A DNA stretch of 64,000 bases. It comes from Lama glama. Lineage: Eukaryota. How positions within the stretch are numbered: the first letter of the stretch is position 1; the number at the start of each line of letters is the position of its first letter. Below the pieces are notes generated by a model. That model ran no database searches, was not told the origin of the DNA, and saw only the letters and a list, made by a program, of their open reading frames with translations. Below, piece by piece: positions 39,451-51,854 of this stretch. A program made the translations under genes and the position numbers. The stretch covers positions 22,384,001-22,448,000 of the forward strand of contig CM052832.1 of the NCBI GenBank assembly GCA_028534125.1. The letters are read 5' to 3'.

Positions 39451-42400
39451 TACCTCTCCATTCTTTGATTGAAGAATAAAGGTTTCCTTCGCTTCTGAAG
39501 CAAACTCGGTCTCCTGTTGGCTCGAGTGACACCAGGCAGGAGGACCCTCACTGGGGACTGACCCCTAACACCCTCATCATGCTGCGTACTTCCTCCTTCC
39601 AGGCTGGACTGCTTTGCATAGCAGCGCAAGTCTGAAAAGCACTTAATGTGCTGGCTAATGGAGACAATCTCCCACCTTTGTAAAGCCATCTATTTGGAAT
39701 TCCAATGAAGGGAAGTTCAGGCTGCTCAGAGTGGGATTATTTTAGGCAATTCTACCCTGCAAATGATCATAGACCTTCGCACCCCCCATTTAACCTCATG
39801 GGAGACTAGAAAGAATGGCCATTGTGTGAACATCCTAGCTCCGATGGAAGCAATGTTGCCCAGTGTGTCCCCTGGTTATTATCTGGGCTACAAAAAAGAG
39901 CAAAAAGCTAAACATAGCAGAATGGCTAATCATGAGTAAATAACATCAACAGAATAAGAATGACCATTGACTGTCCACAGCCACCAAAAACAAGGCAGTA
40001 TGCTGACGGATGTATGCAAATGGTCTCCCTTAGTCTTTTAACAAGTCTGTGAGGTAACTGTTTTCAACTTTATTTTTATTGATGGGAAAATTAAGTCCTC
40101 AAGAGATTAAAGGACTTATCCAGTGAAATAGCTGGCAAGGGGCAAAGCCAAGGTCTGAACCCCAGTCTGTGCACCTGTAAAGCCCAGATTCTGAGCCTCC
40201 ACACGCCCAGGGCATGATAACCCCAGTGGTGACGACTTGGTAGTTGTGCAGATTCTCCACCCTGCCTGTGTGCGAGTCCCATTCTGGGGGCCTTAGAAAC
40301 TACAAGAAAGAGAAAAACAGACTTTAGGAATAAACAGAAGTACGTTGAGCTCATCTGTACCCTTCTTCTTACGTTCTGTTTTTAAGGTCAGCACTGAACA
40401 ATTGAGCAGATTCTCCTTTTTGGACAGACTGATTCCAAGCTAAAACATTGTGTATATTTTGGGCAAATCCAAAAGATTCAGAGCAGAGATTTAGAAACAA
40501 AGCAGGTCATTGATCAGGCATATACTTAGATACATTTCATATAATTTTATTTGGCTTTGAGAATTCTCTTAATTTCCAGAGGCCCCTTCAAGTAAATGAC
40601 AGCCCTCTAGAGGGTCATGAAAACAGTCAGGGAATCCGTCTCTCCTCCCCCAGCCCCTCCACTCCTCCTTGGTAGTCCTGATTTTGCTACACACTTTTAG
40701 AAGGGAGAGAGTGAGCACATGCAGCTTGAATTGTATTCTTGGAAGAGTGTCGTTAAGGAAGAGAAGAAGGCAGCTTCCCTCCTAACAGAGTGGTGCTTGA
40801 TGTAGCTTCTGTGGTCTAGTCACCGCGCTTCCTTACTGAGATCTTCCCGGGAGACCAAACATGGTACCCGTGAGGATGGTAGTTTTCGCTGGTCCAAAAC
40901 TTTTTGGTGGCAGATATTTCTGCATTAAACTTAATCTCTCCTGCAGCCTACAGTTGGCTGCCAATCTGTACAGCTGGTGCAGGACTCAGCTTCTTTGAAA
41001 GAGGAGGGAAGATGGCTCTCTCCCTTTGCCTTCTGCCTCCCCAGCCCTCTTCCTCCTGGTACGACTGCTCCCCCTCCCCCCACATGGTACAAAACCATGT
41101 GGATTTGCTGAACAGGTCTGTAAAATTAATTATACTGTGAGTGCTTGGTAACCAATGAATTGTGAATTGTACATTATTAAAACAGCATCAGAGCTCTGAC
41201 TGATCTATTATTCTTCGGGGAATGAACAAAGATAAGAGCTCTATGTGCTTTAGGGGTCTTTCTTGCCACCATACAGCAGGCATGGAGAGGAAATATCAAG
41301 TAGTTTTTTTGTTTTGTTTTGTTTGTCTGCAAACCGAATTAAATAGAAAGAGTATCTCTGTTTTTCCCATTATTAAATTGTTATATGTGCCCTCACAGTT
41401 CTGTTTGTAGCATCTAATAAGGTAGTGGGCACTCAATAAATATTATTGCACAGTGATTGTGGTAATATGTGTCCAGATATGCTCGTACACAAACCCAGTG
41501 CCATGTCAACCTACTGTGAACAGGAGATATATGATATGACGTGGCATCGTAATAAAATAAATTGTGTTGATGTAGTGCTTCTCTGCAACAGCTCAGGAAG
41601 AATTCAGAGTAAACAGTAGGAGACATAAAAAACATCAGCTGAGTATGTGCCAGGGGCCTTGTGGCTTCAGCTGAAAAGGAACAATCTGGAAGAAATGGTC
41701 TGTCTTGTCTCGTTCTTCTAGCCACAACAGGATGACCCCTGGGAATTGTTTGTGAACCTCTCTTTTTACAGAACTATCTCCCCTCTGCAGAATTTCTCAG
41801 CATCTTTCTTCCTGCCATGGTGAGTCCTGCCAGGCGCATCACACAGTTCTCCATGGAAACTTTCTCTTTCTGCAACTGACCAAGCCTGCAGTCCCTGGGA
41901 ACGGAACGGCCAGTCAGCCATGCAGCATTTTTACCCTTACAGGCATGTTGTTCCAGCCGAAAGAACCGATGCAGGTACAAGGCAAAGCAACGTCATTCCA
42001 TCCCACCCCCGGGCCCCGGAAATAAATAAATGTTTATAAACCCACCATTTCAGGAGGAAATAGGATGCCTCCAAACTGGGCTGTCCCTCAGTACTGTGCA
42101 CAACCAGATAGGCAAATCTGTGGGGCCCAGCACCAAAACAAAATGCAGGCTTCTTGTTCAAAAAGTCTGAAGAATTTCAAGACACTGAAAGCAGAGCATT
42201 AAACTAAGTGCGGTCTCTTCTAAGGGCAGGCCATGCCCAGGAAGCCAGCCCTGATGCAGCGGGACACTTTCTTTCTGGGCACTACATTGTCCCCATCTTC
42301 CTGTTCTCCAAAGTACTCCTGCGATTTGGGGGGAAGACGACAGTAGTTTCTTTCATTTTTAATGAGCATATGCTCACCTATTCCTTCGTATTTTAGTTTG

Positions 42401-45400
42401 GTACAAAGAAGCAGGAGAGATGACCAGTAGACACGAGGACAGAGCAGTGAGATGCCAACAGGGAGGGTTTGGGGAAGAAACCTTACACAATGGTTTGGGG
42501 GTAACGATGTAATCGCTACAGAGAGCAGCTGGCGGAGAGGTGCGGGGGGGCAGGATGACAGTGGTGTTAATAATGAACTGGACCCAGCCCAGCCGGTGCG
42601 ACTGTCTGCAAGACCTTCTGAGACCCTGCCACCTCTGTTAGAACCTCAACCTGGCTATTGTTTCAGAAGGACAAACATGTTCAGCTGAACAGGCACATGG
42701 AATGTATTCAGACAGCCGTCTTTTTTTCAGTATCCTTATTGCCAGGATGTTTGTGCGCACTTTAGGGGAATAAACAGATCAGCCTCGAGGGGGCAGTGGT
42801 CCAGGTGATAAATGGGTTAAGATAAGAAAGGAAAACAATAGCATGTCTTATCTTTCATTTGCTGCTTGGTCGCTGCAGCAAATGGTTTTCGCTGTCTTGC
42901 CACAGAAGAGAATGAGCAGAAGCAGGTAAAGTCCTCTTCCAGCCGCACTGGAACAGCCCTTGCTGGTCATCAGAAAACTAAGTCAGAAGGTTGAACCTGC
43001 CCCCAGACAGGCAGAAGAGGCTCCTCCGGGCAACAGGCCCTGTTTATGAGTGCAGTGTGCCCTAAAATTCAAAAGAGGGCAGCAGATAACTGACACGGCT
43101 GGTAGGACCAGGAAAGCGGGTAACCTGAGGAATGTCAGCAGGAAAATGTGCTGGTTTATCAAAACTCATGCCCTGCAAGGGTTAGCTGAGCCCGAGATTT
43201 GTGTTTCTGGAACTGTGTGTTTAATGTAAAAGCAAATATTTGATTCATGGGATCTAATGAGCTTTGGTGATATTGAGGGCAAGTGGGGGCCTATTGCCCA
43301 CCAGGGCAGCCTCATGCCATGTTATTTAGTGATTTACAACCTTCAGTGGCTAAGTCAGCAAAGTCCAGGCTGAGGTGCAGGAGAAGCGGCCATGGAGGGC
43401 GAGGTGGAGGGGCTGCCTGTATGCTTTTGCTGTCTTGTAAGTGCTTCCGCTGATTCTTTGAAATGAACAGGAACCTCCCCACAAAGAGTGAACAGTCTCT
43501 CCCTACCCGGTAAATTTCACAGGGACTGAGACCCACAGGGTGTGGGAGAAAGTGATTCTCTTACTCTCTTTGAGATTTTCCAGTGCTTCCTGAAGAACGT
43601 TCGGGAGGCCCTAGCTCCCTGGAGATTGGAGTTTTAGGGAGGCTGGGGACAGGTGGGGGTGGAGAAGAAGTAAAAATTGCTGAAGGGGAAGACGCCTGAA
43701 GCACTTGGGTTGAAAGCAAAGCGCAGCCCTCAACCCAATCTTGCAGAAGTAAAATATTAGGATTTCATCCTGAGGGTCACTCAGTGGACCTCTTTACCCT
43801 CCTGTTTCCTAAAAAGAGTGATAATCAGGTGTGGACCCCAAACATAGCCCGACCAAGAAGTTCTGCTAAGCCATTTGGCAGGAATGGACAGTGAAGAGAA
43901 AGGAACCTTATTTTTAAAATAAACCCTGAAATGATACTGCAAAACTCATGATAGTCTTTTTTTAATGTGACCTGGTTTTAAGTAATTATTTTCACTCCCC
44001 CTTTTTTTTTTTTTATTAGAAACATTTTAAAATCGTGTCAAGCTACCGAGAAAGTATCAGGTACATAAGGCATCTAGAAAATGTTGCCTCTTAAAGGTTG
44101 CACCCTCTGTTTGTTTTGAGCACATTTTTGACTTCTACAAAGAACTGAAGAGTTTTACTCCATTAACAAGTTAGATTATTAAAACTGTGAAGAATTTCCA
44201 TTAAAATTTGGGAAAAATGCATGTTATCTTTTTTTTTTTTTTTGGTAATCTGAAATTAACAGCTGCAATACTGTCTAGATACACACCTGATGCTAGACAA
44301 AGGGTTTCGGAGAAACATGCTCTAAAATTTTGGACTGATTTAATATTAAACAATTACTGTGGAGCTGAGGAAATCAGCCCCTTTATAGATGTTGGCGAAC
44401 AGAGGATTCTCTTCATACGTACAATAATAAAAACCAGACTTGGCAAGCACTAACCAGTCTATGGTGATTGTGTATTTCTTTGCATTCTCTAAAATATTGA
44501 GGCGGGAGATTATTTTTACTAGTGTTTCACATGTCATGACATTAGAGCTGCAAATTGATAAACAAAATGATAGGGTCTCCAGTGCGCTTTAGGATCATTA
44601 AGGATTTCTGGGGCTTTTGCAGGTATCCTTGGAGCCTACTTGTAAGATCATAGAATCCAGAGTGATCATGCGATCTTTCACCTCAACATAACTCCAGGCA
44701 AAACGATGCTTTTGTCTTCTCCAGAGCAGTCATCTCTAGTTTCAAAAAAATAGTTCTCATGAACATGGCTCTCTTAAGAATAACGCCAGTCAATCCTCAA
44801 ATTATAAATGCAAAAAAAAAAAGGCAAAAAAGAAAATGGTTGTATTTACGAAGTTTTTATAAGAAGAAAATGATCCACAAGAAAAGAAGAAATACACGCA
44901 TTGCAACAAATAGGAACTTGATAATATAAATAACTATAAATCTATTGAACTTAATAAAGTTAAGGAGACTGCAAGCTGGAAGTCCTGAATTTTGCTGGCA
45001 GCTCTGCCCCTACATTAAGTCATCTTACAAAAGGCACATTTTTACATTTTAGAGCCGCAGTTGCCTTCTCAGTAAAATAAGGACTTTCAATATTACTTCA
45101 AAATTCTAATTTTATGATTTGCTGAAACACTGGTTTCTTTGCTTTGTTGAATTAATCTCGGCTTTAATTTATGGCAAAGTATAGCTACCAGAAATTCTGT
45201 TAAACATACACTATAAAAGGTATGCTTTCCTAAGCCATGAAGAAATATACAAATTTTAATGCTGTTCTTAACCTTAGTTTCCCTCTTAAACACCACCTGG
45301 AATCCTGTGTACCACTCCAGTGTTATGTCTTTGGCTTTCAACATTGTTTTTCTACCAGATTATTATTAGGGTGCCAGATTATTTAGCCCTGAATATGGGC

Positions 45401-46974
45401 GTTGACGTGTAGCGTTCCTCACCTGCCCCCAGCACTCAGCCATCTATCAGAAAATAGATCAAAAAGCAAACAAGCCTTCCGCCTGACCATGCGAACAGCA
45501 AAACCAACAGCTATAAAGGGCCACCATTTTAATTTCCTGTAAGCCATCACCTATTTCTCTCTGCCTACTCCCATGGCAGTTCTTTCTTGCTCTTCAGGCT
45601 CCCACCTTTTCTCAAATCCTTCTACATCCATCCACATTTATGTCATGTATGTCTTCCGTGTGCAGAGTGCCACTGGGCTATTCTGGAGAAAAATAAATGA
45701 CATGGAAAATAGTTTCTGTACTTAGAAGGCTTAAAATCTTGGTCTCCCCAAAATGTGTGTGCATTGTTGGAATCTTTGTTCTCCATGTTGAAGACCCAGG
45801 TGCACACGCCTTCCCTGCTCCTCTATGTTTGTTAGCCCCATTTTCATCCGGGAAGAGGGCAAGCACATCTTTAACTCTTAGTAAATGCAGAGAGGCAGGA
45901 ATGATTAGAAGAAAGGAACTCACATATACTAAATAGTCTGTGTGCCTGACACTCCATTAGGGGCTATGCATACGTGGTCCTCATAAAGACTCTTACTGCT
46001 TAAGTATTGTAACCCTATTAAGAAAGTTTAAATAAGGCTCAGAGACATTAAGTACCTTGCCTGAGGCCACACAGTAAATGGCAGAGCTCAGAATCTAATT
46101 CCTCAGACTTACTAATGTTTTCTTTTATAAAGTTCTTATTCACAATTTTGGGAGAAGTGGAGCTGTTATCTTCGCTGCTTTTAAATGTATAAAAATCATA
46201 TATAATTTTAGCAAGGCAAAATCTATTATATGAAATCAGGGCACAATTGTGTCATTTTCCAATGTGCTATGCATACAGTATTTTAACATTCGATAGCTAT
46301 GACTTAGGACAGTTCTAAGGCAAACAACAGTTAAGGCAAGACCAATTAAACTGTTTTTCTACATCGTGGTAAAGGCCATCCCTTAGGATCATATAATATA
46401 CTAGGAAAAATAAAATATTTTTTGGTAAATTTGTTTATTAAGAAGAGTCTCTTTGCCATTAAAGCAATATGGCTCATCATTGCCTGTGCAGGTTCACCTT
46501 CTCCAAATATTTTCAGGTCATCACGTAGACATGATAAGAGAATGTAATCATTTGGGATGATGTATAAGGGGGTAGAAACTGATCTTTTTCTTTCAGGCCT
46601 TTCCTTAGGAAATTTAAGATTTCATGGGATAGTTATGCAAAGTAGGTTATTATGAATGTTTTGACTCACGGAAAGATGGGAATGAGAACCCAGGGGAAGG
46701 AGGACTCAGGGTCTTGACCATAGACTTGTACCAGTAGCCCCACGCCACAGACTCACTATCGAAGGGCTCCCTCCTAAGCATCCCCTGCTAGTTACCAACT
46801 TCCCTTCTCCCACTGGGTATGATTCCCATGACCCTCTGTTGATATTGTACTAACCTTTCCTCTCTACTTGATCAGCACTCCTGGAAAGCTGGTACGTGGT
46901 GTTAAGAAGGAGAAAGTCACTGTGCGTGGTGTAATGACAATTACTTAAACCTATATGATATTTTATAGCTTACA

Positions 46975-47180
46975 ATACTGTTTCTCAAAATGGGGTTCCT
47001 GGGAGACTTGCCTTAGATTCCCAGGGAAAAGCTAAAATGCAGATTCCTGGTTCCTATACTATACCTGATGAATCAGAATCTCAGTATTAAGGAGGGAGGG
47101 GTGGGAGGAAAGCAGGAATCTAAAATTTTTAACTCTCTTCAGGTGATTTTTTTTTTAATATACTAAAATTACAACCATTG
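46975..47180. mobile_element. MER5-like DNA transposon
   Basis: TTTCTCAAAATGGGG...AAAATGCAGATTCCTGG...GAATCAGAATCTC...CAGGTGATT. Confidence 0.65.
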
Positions 47181-47189
47181 TCTTATAAA

Positions 47190-47400
47190 ATATTTTCATG
47201 TGTGTTACTTTCTTTGTATCTTTCAAGAGCCCTCTGTGCCAGGTAATTATTATCACACACTCATTTTACAGATGAGGCAGTTGGAACATGGAAAAGTTAC
47301 TTGCCTGAGGGACACAGCTAATTAAATGCAGAGCTCTAGCACCCAAGTCTTTTGACTTGGCCGATAGTCCGTGACCCCTCCCTACACCACGCTGCCTCCA
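47190..47400 (-). mobile_element. MIR SINE
   Basis: CATTTTACAGATGAGGCAG...GTTACTTGCCTGAGGGACACAGCT. Confidence 0.65.
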
Positions 47401-47449
47401 TTGATTGGATGTGGAGGATGCAACAGTGGAGGATAACATAGGGTTCAAA

Positions 47450-47712
47450 TTCTTTCATGTTTTTGGTGCTGTGTCTAAAAATTCATCACCAAACCCAAAG
47501 TCACATAGATTTCCTCCTAAGTTTTCTTCCAGAACTTTTATAGTTTTTCATATTACATTTCGGTCTATGATACATTTCGAGTTAATCTTTATGAAAGGTG
47601 TAAGCTCTGGGCTTAAGTTCATTTTTTTGGCACATGGACATTCAGTTGTTCCAGCATCATTTGTGGAAAGGACTACTCCTTCCTCATGGAACTGTCTTTG
47701 CTCCTTTGTCAA
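47450..47712 (-). mobile_element. L1 ORF2 fragment
   Basis: TTTTCTTCCAGAACTTTTATAGTTT...GGTCTATGATACATTTCGAGTTAAT...GTTGTTCCAGCATCATTTGTGGAAA is antisense L1. Confidence 0.85.
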
Positions 47713-49379
47713 AGAGCTTTGAAACACTTGATCCTTACTGTAAAAGCAATTTCTCTCTGTTTCCTTTTTAAAAAGGCAGTCAGCTCAGGCCTGCATTTAG
47801 TGATTGTTTGCTTAGGATTTGGACCCCACCTTCTCAAGGAAGGAACATGAGGCACATTATAGATGCGAATATGAACTGAGATAAACCTCCTAAGAGAAAA
47901 CTGGAACCGAGTCCATCCAGACTGAGGCTGTGGGTCTGGATTAGAGAATGAGAAACCTGGGTCTAGACCTGACTCCACCATCCACCTTTTAGGCTTGTGT
48001 CTCCTTCACTGGAAAATGAGGGGAATGTTACCAGACATATTCCAGGTTACTAATCATACAATTTCACTTCCAGGGCCCCAGATCATAGTCAGGGGTTCTA
48101 AAACATCCATCTGGAAGAGTTTATCCCATTCAGGTAGCAAACCTGTTCTTTCAGAACTGCCTCATGAGGATTCGCTGCATTTCTTGCAGCTGATTTATCC
48201 CACACCATGTCACCAGGCGCAGAGAACAGAAGCCTAAGACACATACAGGGACCTGATGGTACAGTCTTCTTGAGTGGCCCCTGCCTGCAGCTCACAGCCC
48301 AGGCCCATCACATCTACGCCTGTGCAGCCATCCCTCCTTGCCCTGCATTTCCATTTCTGGCACTGAAACGTCTTTGTTTACGTATCCCAACTTGGGGCAG
48401 AAATGTTTCTTTCTTGGAGATATAGGATCTGTTCTGCCTCTCGTTTTCCTTTCTCAATCTCTCCCTCCAACCCTCTTCACCCAAGGCTGACCTTAACTCC
48501 CTCATTCTCAAGATGCACAGCTTATCTGTTGTCCATGTTTAAGGCAGCCAAAGACTTTGAAAGATAATGAAAATCTCTCAACTGCACTGTTGAGTTGCAA
48601 AGAATTTCTAGATTTGCTGGCACAGAGAGTTACAGGAATGTTCTTCTCGTACTTTGTGGTCTGGAGTCCCTGGGGGCTCAGGAAGCCACAGGAAACACGG
48701 ACATGTGCAAACAATTTTACATAGCATGAGGGGTGTGTTGACTGTTTGGGGGGGTGAGGAGGAGAAGCATCGTATAATTCTTGCAGAAGAGGTGACAGTT
48801 GGGTCTTAAAGGATAGTGAGGAATCCAACAACAGTATAGACTGGGAGTGGGGGTCATGGGATCCAGACAGGGGTAACACCATGTTCAAAAGAAGGGGAGC
48901 ATGAAAAAGCATGCCATTTGGGATGTGGATAGGTCAGCCCTTACCCACAGATGGGCAAGTTGACTTAGTTGGCTCAGCTGGCTGGACAGGTGCCCCTACC
49001 TCCACCCTCACGTTCCACGTGTGTCCTTCGTGAGCCCACACTTTCCTTAATACTCAGAGATCCATCATACTCTGTCAAGCCTGGAGAGAAAAGCCTGCTT
49101 TGCCATCTAGCATCCACAGGATGAGATCTTCAGTACAGCTAAAGCATAAACGGGGTGCTTGAAGGCAGCCAGAAGTAAAGAAGAGAGAGGACCAGTGGGA
49201 AATGAGAGTTGAAGGATCCTTACATCCAGGTAACCAGGGCAGGAAGAGGACCTTGCTTAGCTCTGAGTTCTTTTTGCATCTCATGGTGCAGCTCCAAGGA
49301 GGAAGCCACACGCCCATGGGACTGTGGGGATCTGAAGAGCACTATGCTCACCCAGCAATGGCCGTGACTTCTAGGAACC

Positions 49380-49435
49380 GAATTGGCTGGCACCCTGATC
49401 TTGGACTTCCCAGCCTCCAGAACTGTGAGAAATCA
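49380..49435 (+). mobile_element. MaLR (MLT1/MST-type) LTR fragment
   Basis: CTGGCACCCTGATCTTGGACTTCCCAGCCTCCAGAACTGTGAGAAAT is a hallmark MaLR LTR motif. Confidence 0.75.
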
Positions 49436-50227
49436 GAACGGTGACAGGTTTGCAGACACCATAAGATGCTGTTTCAAATCTACTGCACTTCAGAGGCAGA
49501 GAGGACCAGGCAGCAGTTCGATACATTGGTCTGAAGCTTAATTGTGAGTCAGTGCAGAGGAAGGGGCAAAGGAGTAACTGAGGGCACTGGGAAGATACTT
49601 TGTTAAGGGAATAGTCTTAATTCAGTGCAACAAGTATTTTCCCAGGCCCGGGTTAAGCACTGTAGGACATGCACAGAAGAATCACGCATAGTCTTCTATT
49701 TTAAGGAGGCTACGTTGTTTTCATTAAGGCCACGGACTCAGGTTCAACATGCGTGAGAAGCGTTTCTAAGAATTCTTGCTGAAGTAAAGTGTAAAATTGA
49801 TGTCTACAAGTTCAGGTCTGTTTCTCTGGCTTTCTCTGAGGTTTGACATATAAGTGCATCCCTCTCTCTTTCTTTTTTTCTTCAGGTTACTTATGAGATT
49901 AAACCAAATTCTAGAATATGCTAAACATGATGATCTGCTTGTTCTTTCTTTTTTTTTTATCTTGCTTTATGCTTAAACATAACGTGGCTGACTTATAGCA
50001 ATCTAAAAAAAAAATGGAGGGTACATCTGCATGGAAATCTCTAGTCTCAGGAATTAAAGTGCAGAGAGAATGGAGGAATGTTAAAACAGCTTACTTATTT
50101 TTTTTAGAGAGAAACTCCTTTTTCAAAGATATTTTCCTGTGTGTTGGTTAACTATTTTTAGGTAAATACACATACACACACAGCTACAGACTCTTCAACT
50201 GACTGCTAAAGCTTATGAAATGTGTAG

Positions 50228-50310
50228 TAAATATTTAAGAAAATGCTTCAAATATTTAAGAAAATATTTAAAACATTTAAGTAAATATTTAAGAAACATT
50301 TTTAAATATA
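50228..50310. repeat. AT-rich degenerate tandem repeat (AAATATTTAAGAA-like)
   Basis: AAATATTTAAGAAA recurs three times with further variants. Confidence 0.7.
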
Positions 50311-51481
50311 TGAATTTGCACAAAGAATAACTGTAGGACTGCAGTATTTTCCTTTAAACTTTAGAATAGGTAAAATTTTAGAATTTGAATTTAATATGTA
50401 TGCTCAATGTGCTGGTAGGCACTTTATATCACAGCAAATTGAGAAACGGTAATTTAAAGCAAATAGTGGTGTCTTGTTTCACTAGGAATTTGCATATTTT
50501 TGCCAACACTTTTGTAATATCTTAGAAAATCCCTTTTTAAAGTATGAGATTTCTTGTTGGAAAAAAATTCAGATACAAGTGGATTCATATAGAAAATCCA
50601 TCTTTGGTCTCTTTATTTAAGCATTTTAGGTTCAATTCCTCTAATCACATTTTAGCCAGTGGGATGCAGGTAACACAGTTTGGTCTTTTCTCCTCTAGAA
50701 ACTGATGTGTTTACTCTTTTATGGATTGAAAGGGGCTTTTCAAATTAACTTCAATTTTTATGGCCCTTTTTTCACGTCCCATGTGTGAATTTACTGTGGA
50801 GACTTAGTGACAGAACCCACTTCAGCAGCTGACTACCAAATTGCTTGGCTAGGGTGAATACAGAAAACCTTTGGCAACGTGGCTCAGAATTGAGTTTAAC
50901 ACTTAAGTGAAACTTTTAGAACAGGCCAGGATATAAATCACTAGGAAGAAGGCACTTGAATGCAAAACACACTTTTAGAATTCATTAAAAATTTGAAAGT
51001 ATTTTCAGTTAAGTTCATATGACTGCCATCCGTCAAATTAGTTCCCTTTTGTAAGAATTTTCTTTATATTTTCAAGTGTCTATTGCATCACTGCTCAAGG
51101 TAGAACTCTAAGTAAAATTACAATTTTTAAACCTTATGGGCAATGGTTCTAATTAATATAATTAGTATTTTAGCAAAATGTCATGGGTCGTAACTGAAAG
51201 AAATCATCTGGATCTGAAGAGTACCTACTGAGGGCAGCCCTGCTAAGATTAATTCTGAGGTGGGTAAATTAATTTCCTAGACTTGCAATGCAGCAAAGGG
51301 TAGCTTTTTCTTCTTCAAAAGCCTGGAGGGGTTGGTGTTTGGCCCTGTTGAGACCCAAGGGCTATTTGGGCTGATTAACATATATATAATTAAAGTGCAC
51401 TAGCTAGAAAGGCAGAGCCAGTTTTATTTGGCTCTAAACTACTGTGAAATAATTGCTTTCTGTCTGTATTATTTACTTAGT

Positions 51482-51578
51482 TGTGTGTGTGTGTGTAGGT
51501 GTATGTGTGTATGTGTATGTTTGTGTGTGCATGTGCATATATGTGTCTGTATGTGTGCCTGTGTGTCTGTGTGTGTGC
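51482..51578. repeat. Degenerate (TG)n / alternating purine-pyrimidine tract just 3' of ID4
   Basis: Direct reading. Confidence 0.9.
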
Positions 51579-51854
51579 ACGCGGCGGGGTGGGGGGGTCT
51601 AGTTCCCCTGGACATCATCCTGCTGTCTTCTTAGGATTCTTCCTTCCTCTCCTAGCAGACACCAAAGAGTAGACAAGATTTCCCTAGCATTCAAACTAGA
51701 TTTTCTTTCCGTTCATATCACCATTTTCAAGCCACATTTTTCATCACATGGTAAGAAACACTGTAAATAATTGAGGTGATCCATCATGAGACCCACTCTT
51801 GATAATGAAAAATTGCATAACTCAGTAGAAGTCAATTAAAAACCACAAACTTAG

